Below, piece after piece: positions 9,836 to 19,092 of a DNA stretch of 64,000 nt. Positions within the stretch are counted from its first letter, which is position 1. Every line of letters starts with the position of its first letter. Position numbers and translations under genes: made by a program. Where the stretch lies: contig CAYHFQ010000001.1 in assembly GCA_964355955.1 (NCBI GenBank), positions 103,419 to 167,418 on the forward strand, written 5' to 3'. The DNA comes from an uncultured Gammaproteobacteria bacterium. Its GTDB lineage: Bacteria > Patescibacteriota > Patescibacteriia > UBA9934. Under the pieces are notes generated by a model that was given only the letters and a program-made list of their open reading frames with translations, had not been told where the DNA came from and ran no database searches.

Positions 9836-10357
9836 ATGACTAACTTCTCCTTTGCCAAGTTGCGCAAGCTGATCAAGAAGTCGCCCACTGAGTTCACCAT
9901 GTTGGTGCTCATGGCGGTTGTCCTTGGTTATGGTTTGTTGCCAGCCGCGGTTATGGCTGACGAGAAGCCAGGGGACACCTCCTACACCACTCTCCAGATT
10001 GCGGCTATGACCAACGTGCTTAAGCCATATGGTGCTTTGCCTAAGGCTGATTTACGTGGTCCTAACTATACTATCACCGTGCCGGCTACTGCTTATAACA
10101 GTGAGGTCGGTCAGTGTGATGATACTCCGTTTATTACGGCTTCTGGTAGCCATGTGCGTCCTGGTGTGATTGCGGCCAACTTCTTGCCGATCGGTACTAG
10201 GGTTAAGATCCCGAAGTATTACGGTGACCAGATCTTCGTTGTAGAAGACCGTATGAACGCTCGTTATAATAAGCGTATCGACATTTGGATGGAATCTCAT
10301 AGTGAGGCCATTAAGTGGGGTATGAAGAACGTGGAAATCGAAGTCTATAAAAACTAA
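9836..10357 (+). CDS. 3D-domain (double-psi beta-barrel) cell-wall protein
   Basis: TAYNS...PFITASG...IAANFLPIGTRV...VVEDR...RIDIWM. Start uncertain (9806 or 9836). Confidence 0.85.
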   Translation: MTNFSFAKLRKLIKKSPTEFTMLVLMAVVLGYGLLPAAVMADEKPGDTSYTTLQIAAMTNVLKPYGALPKADLRGPNYTITVPATAYNSEVGQCDDTPFITASGSHVRPGVIAANFLPIGTRVKIPKYYGDQIFVVEDRMNARYNKRIDIWMESHSEAIKWGMKNVEIEVYKN

Positions 10358-10479
10358 AACTTACCAGCTGGCCTATTTTGGGCTTGTCACTGCGTCGACT
10401 TCTTCGTCTTAGCGCAAACTAAGCCTCAAAAGCTCTCCTTGCTCCGCACCCAAACTAGTCGCAGCTGGATAAGTTTTAA
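10355..10479. repeat. Structured intergenic repeat family B, copy 1
   Basis: Shares TGGCCTATTTTGGGCTT and CGCACCCAAACTAGTC with 60159-60252; enclosed by inverted repeat TAAAACTTACCAGCTG / CAGCTGGATAAGTTTTA. Confidence 0.8.
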
Positions 10480-10576
10480 TGAAATTCTGTTTAGCCAGAG
10501 CCGGCCTGATACGGTCGGCTTTTGGTTTGTGGCGACATCTTGCTTGGGAAGCGGTTCGGTTGTACTCTAGGGATAT

Positions 10577-11146
10577 ATGAAGAAATTATTGAGCTTAGGA
10601 GGTGTGGTGGCTGTTGGGTTCCTAATGTTGGGAGTTGGTTGTAAGCCAATTTCGCAGGTAGCCACGATTGATGACGTACCGAATTCGGGGGTTAGTGTTG
10701 ATAAGCCAGCCGAAGTAGTGAGCGGCAGCTGGTATTTGACCTTTAACCTACCGAAGGATTGGGTGATGGTGCCGCAGTATGACGAAGGGGTACAGAAGGA
10801 TGTGACGAGCGTGCCAGTGACCAGTGATATGTCGGACGTGATTGTACAGAGTACGAACAAGATTATTGCTTTGACCGGTTCATCAGAATTGGAGAAAGAT
10901 TCTTTTGTGACGGATGATTACAGCTATATCCGCGCTTTCCGTTTGGATAAACATTCGGTGATTCCAGCAGAAGCGACAGATTTGGGTAATAATTTCTTCA
11001 AATTAGAAAAAGGTGTGAATGCGACTTATTACTTGAAGGGCAAGGGGAGTAATTATAAGTTTGTAGTGTATTACGATGGTGTTAATTTGAGTGAGGCGGA
11101 GAAGGTGATTGTGTCTGCTAAAGAGGTCACAGCGTTGGCGCAGTAG
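10577..11146 (+). CDS. Hypothetical lipoprotein
   Basis: Signal peptide ending LGVGC (lipobox-like). Confidence 0.75.
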   Translation: MKKLLSLGGVVAVGFLMLGVGCKPISQVATIDDVPNSGVSVDKPAEVVSGSWYLTFNLPKDWVMVPQYDEGVQKDVTSVPVTSDMSDVIVQSTNKIIALTGSSELEKDSFVTDDYSYIRAFRLDKHSVIPAEATDLGNNFFKLEKGVNATYYLKGKGSNYKFVVYYDGVNLSEAEKVIVSAKEVTALAQ

Positions 11147-11164
11147 AACTTCCTCGAGACAACA

Positions 11165-11197
11165 AAAAGTCCCGGCTCAGATGAGTCGGGATTTTTT
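11165..11197. terminator. Bidirectional terminator
   Basis: AAAAAGTCCCGGCTCA-GA-TGAGTCGGGATTTTTT between the lipoprotein gene and tRNA-Cys. Confidence 0.75.
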
Positions 11198-11273
11198 TGG
11201 AGGCCGCGGCCAGGTTCGAACCGGCGCATAGCGGTTTTGCAGACCGCCGCGTTAACCACTTCGCCACGCGGCC
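11198..11273 (-). tRNA. tRNA-Cys(GCA)
   Basis: GGCCGCG acceptor stem, anticodon loop CT-GCA-AA, GGTTCGAACC T arm, encoded CCA. Confidence 0.97.
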
Positions 11274-11347
11274 AGGATTGATGGTTGACCAGCAGAGGGT
11301 AACAAAAAATCTTCGATTGGGCAATATTTGCGGTGTTTGGCTGAAAT

Positions 11348-11755
11348 TTAAGCCTCAAAAAGAATGCGGATGACCTGAGAGAGTTCCATGGAGGCGAGGT
11401 TTTTCGGGACGAGGGTTTTAATCCGCTTCTCGAGATCTGGGGTGAAAGTAGCGAGAAGCTCGTTTTTGTTAGCTTCAGGGACGCAAAGGATGATGTCGAC
11501 AATAGCTTCGTCGGCGATGACGCGTTTGAGTTCGAGGTTGAGGAGGCGATAAAGCTCATTGCGGCGAACTTGTTTGGCGTGATCGAGGTCGCCAGAAGAT
11601 GCGATGTCGGTATCTGGAACTGGTTCGTCGGTTTCCACCACGGAGAGGGGTTCGATTTCGCGGTCGATTAAAGTGAAGAACTTGGCCAGCTCGTTGTTAG
11701 TTAGAACGAGCAAAGTTTTCTCGGGAAAAGCGCCGTAGTGGTCAGATAACATCAT
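11348..11755 (-). CDS. Hypothetical protein, possibly host-attachment/baeRF12-like
   Basis: Clean 135-aa ORF. The LLVLTN..AKFF and IILCVPE...VPKNL pattern resembles that family; resemblance only. Confidence 0.5.
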   Translation of the reverse strand: MMLSDHYGAFPEKTLLVLTNNELAKFFTLIDREIEPLSVVETDEPVPDTDIASSGDLDHAKQVRRNELYRLLNLELKRVIADEAIVDIILCVPEANKNELLATFTPDLEKRIKTLVPKNLASMELSQVIRILFEA

Positions 11756-11802
11756 ATGTATATAGTCTACAAGGAATCGATAATTATTGCTATACTGTAG
11801 GT

Positions 11803-12792
11803 ATGTTTCTACATCGCTTAGGAAAAGTGCGAGCGCCAGAATTTCCAGTAGGGTTGGTGTGGTTGAACGGAAATAAGGTATCGCTTAAGAAATTAGCGGG
11901 GAAGCCGGTGCTGGTGGATTTTTGGACGTACTCGTGTGTTAATTGTTTACGAACAGTGCCGCATTTACAGAAGATGTATGAGCGTTATCACGATTTAGGT
12001 TTAGAAATTATTGGAGTTCATACGCCTGAGTTTGCCTTTGAACATGATGAGGATAATGTTAAGCGAGCAATAAAAGAGATTGGGATTACTTATCCAGTAG
12101 TGCTCGATAATGATTATGATGTGTGGCATTTATATGCCAATAATTCTTGGCCACATTGCTTCCTTATCGGGCCAGATGGAGTGATTGTGTATGACCATGT
12201 GGGAGAAGGAAACTACGCGGAAACTGAGAAAGCGGTACAGGAAGCGTTGATTGCGGCTGGGGTGACAACACCACTACCGGCGGTAAATGATGATGAGGTT
12301 GGTGAGGGGGGAGTGTGCTACAGGACGACGCCAGAGTTGTATTTGGGATATTTGCGTGGCAAGTATGGAAATAAAGAAGATTTCTTACCAGATGTACCAG
12401 AAGCTTTTACTGATCATGGGATAATTCTGGAGGATACGCCGTATTTGCATGGGCACTGGCAGATTTGTGGGGAGTATGTGATGCATGCTAAAGAGCTGGC
12501 GGTAGCGAGTGAGTATTTGGCGTTAAAATATAGCGCGTTTGGGGTCAATTTGGTGCTGGCAACTGAAGAAGATGTGACAGTGGCTATTGAACTTGATGGT
12601 TTGCCGCTCCCTGATGATATGCTGGGAAGCGATGTTAAACGGGCTAAAGACGGAGCGTCGATTATTAAGGTGAAAGAAGCGAGGATGTATAATTTAGTGA
12701 AGGCTAGTGTTTATCATCAGGGTACGCTCAAGATTTTAACGAAAGACGTGGGGGTAAAGTTTTATGCTTTTACATTCGATGGCTGCGGATAG
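11803..12792 (+). CDS. DipZ-like thioredoxin-fold redoxin
   Basis: VLVDFWTYSCVNCLRT, IIGVHTPEFAFE, TPELYLGY, YAFTF: the soluble half of DipZ. Confidence 0.9.
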   Translation: MFLHRLGKVRAPEFPVGLVWLNGNKVSLKKLAGKPVLVDFWTYSCVNCLRTVPHLQKMYERYHDLGLEIIGVHTPEFAFEHDEDNVKRAIKEIGITYPVVLDNDYDVWHLYANNSWPHCFLIGPDGVIVYDHVGEGNYAETEKAVQEALIAAGVTTPLPAVNDDEVGEGGVCYRTTPELYLGYLRGKYGNKEDFLPDVPEAFTDHGIILEDTPYLHGHWQICGEYVMHAKELAVASEYLALKYSAFGVNLVLATEEDVTVAIELDGLPLPDDMLGSDVKRAKDGASIIKVKEARMYNLVKASVYHQGTLKILTKDVGVKFYAFTFDGCG

Positions 12793-12831
12793 TTTGTAAA
12801 AAGTGACTATTTTCGCTACACTGGGGCCAGT

Positions 12832-14001
12832 ATGATGGGATTAGGAGCGGCTAAAAGAATATATTTTGATCATGCGGCCGCCACGCCGCTTGATTTGCGG
12901 GTGAGTAAGGTGATGGCACCCTATGTTAGCGAAGATTTTGGCAATCCGTCGAGTGTGCATGCGGAGGGGAGAAAGGCTAAGAAGGCGATTGAGGAGGCGA
13001 GAAAGCAGGTAGCGGAGACGTTGGGAGTGAGTTCGGAAGAGATTGTCTTTACTTCGGGGGCGACGGAGTCAATTAATTTGTGTTACAGAGGTTTGATAGA
13101 GGCTGCTCCGAAGGATAAGAGGCATGTAGTGACTTTGGCCACGGAACATATGGCGACGTTACGGGTACTGCAAGATTTGGGTTGCGAAGTAACTTTTTTA
13201 CCGGTAGATAAGGATGGCTTGATAAGCGTCGATGAAGTGAGGAAAGCGATAAGACCTGAGACAGTGCTCGTAACCATGATGTACGTCAATAACGAGATTG
13301 GGACAATTTTGCCGATTGCGGAAGTGGGGAACATGATCGCGAAGATGAAGAGAGTAAAGAAAGAAGTTTATCCGATTTTTTTTACGGATGCGGTACAGGC
13401 GGTGAATAGTTTGTCACTTGAGGTGACGAAGCTCCATGTAGACGCATTGTGTCTATCTGGCAGTAAGATGTATGGACCGAAAGGAAGCGGTGTGTTGTAT
13501 GTTAAGAAAGGAACGCCGATGAAGGCACAGATAATGGGTGGTACGCAGGAGCATGGGATGAGAGCGGGGACTGAGAATGTGTCTGCAATTGTGGGTTTGG
13601 CGACGGCTTTGAAAATCGCGCAAGCTGAGCACGAAGATTATGAGCAGAGATTGAGGCCGCTGCAGAAGATGTTATTTGAAGGGATAATGACGAAAATACC
13701 CGGAGCAACGGTTAATGGCCACCGAACACAGCGAGTGTGCAATAACGTGAATGTGAGCTTGCCAGAGGTCGACGGCGAGGCAGTGGTCATGTATCTTGAT
13801 GGTGCTGGGATAGCAGCTAGTACGGCTTCCTCCTGTACCTCGAGTGCGGGAGCAAGTCATGTGATTAAGGCGTTGGGTAAGAGTATAACCGAGGCCGAGA
13901 GTAGCGTGCGATTTACCCTTGGTAGAAGTACGACCAAACAACAAGTGAAAAAAGTTATTCAAGAACTAGTGCGGATTGTCGCGCTACTCAAAATTTCTTA
14001 A
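12832..14001 (+). CDS. iscS: Cysteine desulfurase (IscS/NifS group I)
   Basis: IYFDHAAATP, GNPSSVH, FTSGATES, SGSKMYGPKG (PLP lysine), STASSC (catalytic Cys). Confidence 0.92.
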   Translation: MMGLGAAKRIYFDHAAATPLDLRVSKVMAPYVSEDFGNPSSVHAEGRKAKKAIEEARKQVAETLGVSSEEIVFTSGATESINLCYRGLIEAAPKDKRHVVTLATEHMATLRVLQDLGCEVTFLPVDKDGLISVDEVRKAIRPETVLVTMMYVNNEIGTILPIAEVGNMIAKMKRVKKEVYPIFFTDAVQAVNSLSLEVTKLHVDALCLSGSKMYGPKGSGVLYVKKGTPMKAQIMGGTQEHGMRAGTENVSAIVGLATALKIAQAEHEDYEQRLRPLQKMLFEGIMTKIPGATVNGHRTQRVCNNVNVSLPEVDGEAVVMYLDGAGIAASTASSCTSSAGASHVIKALGKSITEAESSVRFTLGRSTTKQQVKKVIQELVRIVALLKIS

Positions 14002-14002
14002 T

Positions 14003-14269
14003 ATGAAGTTACGAATCGTAGTTGACCCAGATTTGTGTATTGGCGCGGCCAGCTGTGTGACGATAGCGCCGGAAACTTTTCAGATGAACATGGAGAATAA
14101 GGCAGAGGTAATTGATCACGGCATTGCCGATGGCGGGCCGAGTTACGAACGAGTACTGGAGGTAAGTGAAGAAGAAAAAGATACGATTATCTTGGGCGCG
14201 CAGTCCTGCCCGACGTTGGCGATTACGATTTTCGACGAAAGTGGGGCTCAGCTCTATCCGGCGATTTAG
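14003..14269 (+). CDS. Monocluster ferredoxin
   Basis: CIGAASC...AQSCPTLAI; ATG immediately after the iscS stop. Confidence 0.9.
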   Translation: MKLRIVVDPDLCIGAASCVTIAPETFQMNMENKAEVIDHGIADGGPSYERVLEVSEEEKDTIILGAQSCPTLAITIFDESGAQLYPAI

Positions 14270-14270
14270 C

Positions 14271-14304
14271 TGTCTTTGCGAGGAGACCGACGACGAAGCA
14301 ATCT
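14271..14304 (+). repeat. Short imperfect palindrome of the GTCATTGCGAG...GAAGCAATC REP/RPE-like class
   Basis: TGTCTTTGCGAGGAGACCGACGACGAAGCAATCT; single copy here, recognised from memory of the motif. Confidence 0.5.
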
Positions 14305-14327
14305 TGGTCTATCGCTAGCCACTCGGG

Positions 14328-14479
14328 TCGCTCGCAACCGCCATGTCTCCTCTTCCTAGCTGCGCCTCGTCAACCGTGCCAGCTGGCTCACCTCGTCTGA
14401 CTCGGGGGCTGGCACAGGGCCGAGGCTGGCGTCGTCAGAGGAGACATGGCAGTCGCTCGCTCCTACAAGGCTCAGGCTC
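14328..14479. repeat. Structured intergenic repeat family A, copy 1
   Basis: Core CGTCAACCG...CTCACCTCGT.TGACTCGGG...CAGGGCCGA and tail GCTCCTACAAGGCTCAG; 14-bp perfect outer stem GCCATGTCTCCTCT / AGAGGAGACATGGC. Confidence 0.92.
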
Positions 14480-14537
14480 ACTAATGATTTAATCTACCGA
14501 CTACCAACTACAATCTACCAACTTTTGAATACTTTAT

Positions 14538-15713
14538 ATGCAATACGTAATCATCGGTGGGGGCATTGCCGGGACAACGACAGCGGAAGAGTTGCGCAAG
14601 GCTGATGCCACGGCTGAGATTACGATTGTGGATGAAGAGGCGCACGCTTGTTATTCGAGAGTATTATTGCCGCATTATATTAATGGCAAGGTGCCACGGG
14701 AGAAGGTTTTTTTGCGCACGGAGAAGTGGTATGCAGAACAGAGGATTGAAAGACTGGCTGGGACGATTGTGACGGAAATTGATACAAAGAATAATTTTGT
14801 GACGATTCATAGCGGCCGAGAGTTGCCGTATAATAAGTTGTTGCTGGCGACAGGCGGGCAGTTGAATTTGGCGCAGACTGACCCGAAGGGCGTGTGTTAC
14901 TTGCAAACACTCGACGATGCTGATGGGATTGTGGCGCGCTTGACCGAGGTGAAGAGGTTGCCAAAGGAACAACAACGGGCAGTGATTATTGGCGGCGGGT
15001 TTATTTGCTTAGAGTTTGTTAATATTTTTGCGCTGCATGAGGTGTTGACTACGGTTGTGGTGCGTGGCGATGGATTTTGGTCACGAGTATTGAGCGCGCA
15101 AGCTAAGGCGGTGTTGGCTAAGCAAGCGGCGAGCAAGGGTGTAACGCTTTTGACGGGGCAAACTGAGGCAGTGCCTGTTGGTGAGATAGAGGTACATGGC
15201 GTGCAGTTGGCCGATGGTACGGTGTTGTCAGCGTCGATGGTTGGTGTGGGGTTGGGAACGCATGCTGATAAGTCCTTATTTGTGGAGGCTGGCGTCGACA
15301 TTAAGTCCGGGATTTTGGCGAATAGCTATCTGGAGACGAACTTACCGAATGTTTATACGGCTGGTGATGCGGCCGAGTTTAGTCATCCGTTACTAGGACG
15401 CCAGATGCATATTGGTAATTGGTTGAACGCGCAAATGCAGGGGAAGGCGGTAGCAAAGACAATGATTGGTGAGAGAACGGAGTTTAGTTTGGTGTCGTCG
15501 TATTCAACTAATCTGCTCGGCATGCATATTGTGTTTATAGGGGATGCTAACCCTGAGTTTGCCAGCGAAGTTAGGTGTCATAAGGCGACGGAAACGAGTT
15601 GTGTCGACCTTTACGTTAGAAATGATAAGATAGTGGGGGCAGTGCTGATTGGGGACTTGGCTGACAGGGCTTTAATCACGAAAGCTATTCAAGAAGGAAA
15701 ATCGACCCTATAA
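14538..15713 (+). CDS. FAD/NAD(P)-dependent oxidoreductase (ferredoxin/rubredoxin reductase-like)
   Basis: IIGGGIAG, LLLATGG, IIGGGFICLE and TNLPNVYTAGD motifs. Confidence 0.92.
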   Translation: MQYVIIGGGIAGTTTAEELRKADATAEITIVDEEAHACYSRVLLPHYINGKVPREKVFLRTEKWYAEQRIERLAGTIVTEIDTKNNFVTIHSGRELPYNKLLLATGGQLNLAQTDPKGVCYLQTLDDADGIVARLTEVKRLPKEQQRAVIIGGGFICLEFVNIFALHEVLTTVVVRGDGFWSRVLSAQAKAVLAKQAASKGVTLLTGQTEAVPVGEIEVHGVQLADGTVLSASMVGVGLGTHADKSLFVEAGVDIKSGILANSYLETNLPNVYTAGDAAEFSHPLLGRQMHIGNWLNAQMQGKAVAKTMIGERTEFSLVSSYSTNLLGMHIVFIGDANPEFASEVRCHKATETSCVDLYVRNDKIVGAVLIGDLADRALITKAIQEGKSTL

Positions 15714-15723
15714 TTACGGCAAT

Positions 15724-16794
15724 ATGGCACATATGTTAGACCAAGCAAAAGTTTACGCAGCTTACGACCCAGATGACATTGCTTATGGCATTGATCATTT
15801 AGCTGAGCAAGTGCGATTAGCTTGGAGCGAGAGCCGATTGGTGAAATTCCCAGCCTCGTATAAGACGTGTAGCAACATTGTGATTGCCGGAATGGGCGGT
15901 TCGGCGTTAGGGCCAGAGATGCTGCAGAGTGTGTTTTTTAATAATTTGATGGTACCGGTGACGATTGTGCGCGGTTATGATTTACCGTCGTTTGTTGATA
16001 ATAAGACGTTGGTGCTGTTGTCGAGCTTTTCGGGGACGACTGAGGAGGTACTGGAGGCAGCGATGGTGGCCAAGAAACGCAAGGCTAAGATTTTTGCGAT
16101 CGCAGCGGGAGGGGATTTGGCTAAATTGGCGGAGAAAGAGGGTTGGCCAATGTATGTGTTTACGCCGGGAGATTTGGCTAAGCAGCCACGGTTGGGAACT
16201 GGCTTTTCGCTGGCTGGAATTTTGGGCATGATGTCGACCTTGGAGTATGTGAAGTTTGGCGAAGCGGATGTGCGACGCTTGCTGACGGCGATGGGCGATG
16301 TGCTCGATACCTGTGCGGTGGATGTGACTGACACGGATAATCCAGCTAAGACGGTGGCGAAGAGTTTGCATGGTCGGACGGTGTTTGTGATTGGGGCGGA
16401 ACATCTGCTCGGCAATGCGCACGTTTTGAGCAATCAGATTAATGAAACCAGCAAGCAGTTTGCAACTTATTTTGCGCTGCCAGAACTTAACCATCACTTG
16501 CTGGAAGGACTGACGTTTCCGAAGGGGTTTATTAAAAATGTGACGGTATTGATGTTACGTTCGAGCCATTATCATGAACGAGTTCAAAAGAGGTTCAAGG
16601 TGACGGCGGATATTTTTGAAAGGATTGGGATAGAAGTGATTGAGTATGATTGCGGAGGCAAAGATGCGATTGAGGAATGCGGCGAGGTGCTGCAGTACGG
16701 GAGCTTTTTGAGTTATTACTTGGCGATGTTGAATTATGTGAACCCGACGCCGATTCCGTTTGTTGATGAGTTTAAGAGTAAGATGGCGAGTTAG
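15724..16794 (+). CDS. Bifunctional phosphoglucose/phosphomannose isomerase (SIS)
   Basis: IAGMGGSALG, SSFSGTTEE, QPR, NETSK, PELNHH motifs. Confidence 0.9.
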   Translation: MAHMLDQAKVYAAYDPDDIAYGIDHLAEQVRLAWSESRLVKFPASYKTCSNIVIAGMGGSALGPEMLQSVFFNNLMVPVTIVRGYDLPSFVDNKTLVLLSSFSGTTEEVLEAAMVAKKRKAKIFAIAAGGDLAKLAEKEGWPMYVFTPGDLAKQPRLGTGFSLAGILGMMSTLEYVKFGEADVRRLLTAMGDVLDTCAVDVTDTDNPAKTVAKSLHGRTVFVIGAEHLLGNAHVLSNQINETSKQFATYFALPELNHHLLEGLTFPKGFIKNVTVLMLRSSHYHERVQKRFKVTADIFERIGIEVIEYDCGGKDAIEECGEVLQYGSFLSYYLAMLNYVNPTPIPFVDEFKSKMAS

Positions 16795-16821
16795 AGGGTA
16801 GATAGTAGAAGGAAGGAAATT

Positions 16822-16859
16822 AAAGGCCGAGTCTCCTGTAGCAGGAGGCTCGGCTTTTT
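16822..16859. terminator. Bidirectional terminator
   Basis: AAAGGCCGAGTCTCCTG-TAG-CAGGAGGCTCGGCTTTTT between convergent genes. Confidence 0.75.
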
Positions 16860-16882
16860 ACGACGACGTTACGCGAGCACAC

Positions 16883-17476
16883 TCAGTTGAGTAGCAGCTT
16901 GAGGTGTCGGAGTTGGTCCTCAAGCTCACGCCACTTTTCGGAGCGGCAGTACAGCTCAGCGCTCAGCAACTCGACACCGCGCATGGCGTAGTTCTGTGGA
17001 CCATACCTCGGTCCACCAAAGTTGATTGGCCGCACCTCGAGCTCCACCACATGGATGAAGTGCTCCGCCAAGCATCGGACCCGTCGCCTGCGCTTCTGGT
17101 CACAGAAGATGGTGACGTCACCACGGTAGTCGGCATTCAGGCTGAGGATGACCTCGCGGAAAAGTTGTAATGACTCCGGCAAGCTCGCCGCTTCTTCCGT
17201 CGCCTTGAACGTAAACCGCTCAGTGTGGCCGAACCGATCGTTTAGTGCTTGCTGCAAATGGGGCAGGAACACCGAGGTCTCTGTCGATTCTGGCCGGTGT
17301 CGACTGGTCACCCTGCTGTTCAGGACAAAGCAGACTTGCTGCTCGACCGACCACTTGGCTACCTCCTCGGCTATCTGCTTGGCTCGTAGCCACAAAACTG
17401 TTTCACCATCGGTATCCCCGACCTTGGGAATACCGGCCAAACACAACAAGACGAGATGACGTTGTTTATTGTGCAT
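16883..17476 (-). CDS. GC-rich orphan protein, faint YdcF/DUF218-like resemblance
   Basis: Start MHNKQRH chosen from an AGGGAG SD upstream of ATG 17476; third codon positions GC-rich. Confidence 0.55.
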   Translation of the reverse strand: MHNKQRHLVLLCLAGIPKVGDTDGETVLWLRAKQIAEEVAKWSVEQQVCFVLNSRVTSRHRPESTETSVFLPHLQQALNDRFGHTERFTFKATEEAASLPESLQLFREVILSLNADYRGDVTIFCDQKRRRRVRCLAEHFIHVVELEVRPINFGGPRYGPQNYAMRGVELLSAELYCRSEKWRELEDQLRHLKLLLN

Positions 17477-17604
17477 TTCTGCTCCCTGTAATTTTACCGT
17501 CGCACCTTGCGCCAGTGCTCTAAGGTTGGCAGAATTTAGGCTTTTCGTCAAACAGAAAACCCTCACACCGCGAGGCATGAGAGCCTTCTGGTTGAGGGTT
17601 GAGT

Positions 17605-18093
17605 TCAACGCTTCGTGCTGGTCGATGCGGCTCGCAGCAGCTCGTTGTACAGCGGCCGCAGGTCACCTCGGGCTTGCAGCAAGTAGACGTGCAGGTCGCA
17701 CAGCTGATACCGGTCGTGCCACGCTTCGAGCTCATCCAGGGCTGCACCAGCCGGAGTCTTGATGGCTGTTGTCACCACTACCGCGACAATGCCAACCGCC
17801 TGACAACGTCGCACCTCCGTCGCCACCACCTCAGCGTTGATCGAAGTCAGTTCAAGGAAGACTACCTGCGGCTTGGTCTTCTCCTCGCCGAGCGGTATGG
17901 GCTTGTCTGGTTCGCTCGAGCGGTCCATCACCTGCAACCAGCCGTTCTGCGGCAAAGTTTCGTAGCGAGCGGTCAGGACTACCGGCGTCGAGTACGTCAC
18001 GATGAAGAAGCGGATGGGCTCGGTCTTGAGCAGGTTGACCAGCAGCGGCAAGAAGTCGTGAGCAAAGGCGAGAGTAAAAGGCTTGGAGGACAT
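17605..18093 (-). CDS. GC-rich orphan protein, possibly a degenerate receiver-domain fold
   Basis: Start MSSKPF has an AGGAG SD. FTLAFAHD...PQVVFLEL...VAVVVTT spacing recalls REC domains but lacks the canonical residues. Confidence 0.55.
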   Translation of the reverse strand: MSSKPFTLAFAHDFLPLLVNLLKTEPIRFFIVTYSTPVVLTARYETLPQNGWLQVMDRSSEPDKPIPLGEEKTKPQVVFLELTSINAEVVATEVRRCQAVGIVAVVVTTAIKTPAGAALDELEAWHDRYQLCDLHVYLLQARGDLRPLYNELLRAASTSTKR

Positions 18094-18139
18094 GGGGACT
18101 CCTGTTCGGTTGTGCATCTCGCGAATTACGAGACTAAAC

Positions 18140-18168
18140 AATATACCAAAAATCCCCACTTTCGTCAA
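18140..18168 (-). promoter_or_regulatory. Sigma70-type promoter
   Basis: TTGACG-17 nt-TATATT with extended TG, on the minus strand upstream of ATG 18093. Confidence 0.7.
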
Positions 18169-18227
18169 TCTTCTAGTCGCGGTATACTGTTTAGGAAATT
18201 CGTTATTCACTGGCCGAAATACCGTCT

Positions 18228-19091
18228 ATGAAGATTAGAAAAGCTATCATTCCAGTGGCAGGAATGGGAACAAGATTCCTTCCAGCTACCAAAGCCCAAC
18301 CAAAAGAAATGCTGCCGGTCGTGGATAAGCCAGTCATTCAATACATCGTGGAAGAAGCCGTAGCTGCCGGCATTGAAGAGATTATTTTCGTTACCGCCAT
18401 CGGTAAGCAGGCACTCGAGAATCACTTTGACCGCAACTTCGAGCTCGAATATCGCTTGGAACAAAAAGGCAAACTCAAAGAACTCGAAGCCATTCGCGAG
18501 GTTGGCAAGCTCGCCAAGTTCGCCTTTGTCCGCCAGCAAAAGCCAATGGGTGACGGTCATGCTTTACTCTCCGCCGCCCCTTTTGTCGGTGCTGACGAAG
18601 CCGTGGCTGTGCTCTTCGGTGACGATATTATTACTGGGAAGGTTCCAGCTATCGGCCAGTTAATCGCCACCTACGAAAAATACGGCGACCCTGTCATCGC
18701 CATCCAAGAAATCCCCCGCGACCAAGTTTCCCGCTACGGCGTCATTGGTGGCGTCGAGCTCGATGCTTCTACCTGGCAAATTGACCGCTTTGTGGAAAAG
18801 CCAAAAGTCGAAGAAGCCCCAAGTAACCTAGCCGCTGTTGGTCGCTACATTATCACTCCCGAAATTCTGCGCCGCTTAGAAACTCAAACGCCAGGGAAAG
18901 ATGGTGAAATTCGTCTAGCTGATGCTTTCGAGGCTCAATTGGCCGACAATCGTCCGCTCTACGGCTGCAAATTTGCCGGTCGTCGCTACGACTGTGGCAA
19001 CAAACTCCAATTCATCATTGCCCAGATCGAGCTCGGCCTCACCCATCCCGAAGTCAGTGCAGACTTAAAGGAATATCTAAAGTCGCTCTAA
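18228..19091 (+). CDS. galU: UTP--glucose-1-phosphate uridylyltransferase
   Basis: KAIIPVAGMGTRFLPATKAQPKEMLPVVDKP, VEKP, RYDCGNK. Confidence 0.97.
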   Translation: MKIRKAIIPVAGMGTRFLPATKAQPKEMLPVVDKPVIQYIVEEAVAAGIEEIIFVTAIGKQALENHFDRNFELEYRLEQKGKLKELEAIREVGKLAKFAFVRQQKPMGDGHALLSAAPFVGADEAVAVLFGDDIITGKVPAIGQLIATYEKYGDPVIAIQEIPRDQVSRYGVIGGVELDASTWQIDRFVEKPKVEEAPSNLAAVGRYIITPEILRRLETQTPGKDGEIRLADAFEAQLADNRPLYGCKFAGRRYDCGNKLQFIIAQIELGLTHPEVSADLKEYLKSL

Positions 19092-19092
19092 T

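Noticed and set aside
11071-11559. Minus-strand ORFs of 162 and 65 aa
   Set aside because: They run through tRNA-Cys and a terminator.
14328-14479. Family A as an intrinsic terminator or known riboswitch
   Set aside because: No T tract, orientation independent of genes, copy 4 has a separate terminator beside it, and it matches no riboswitch consensus I know.
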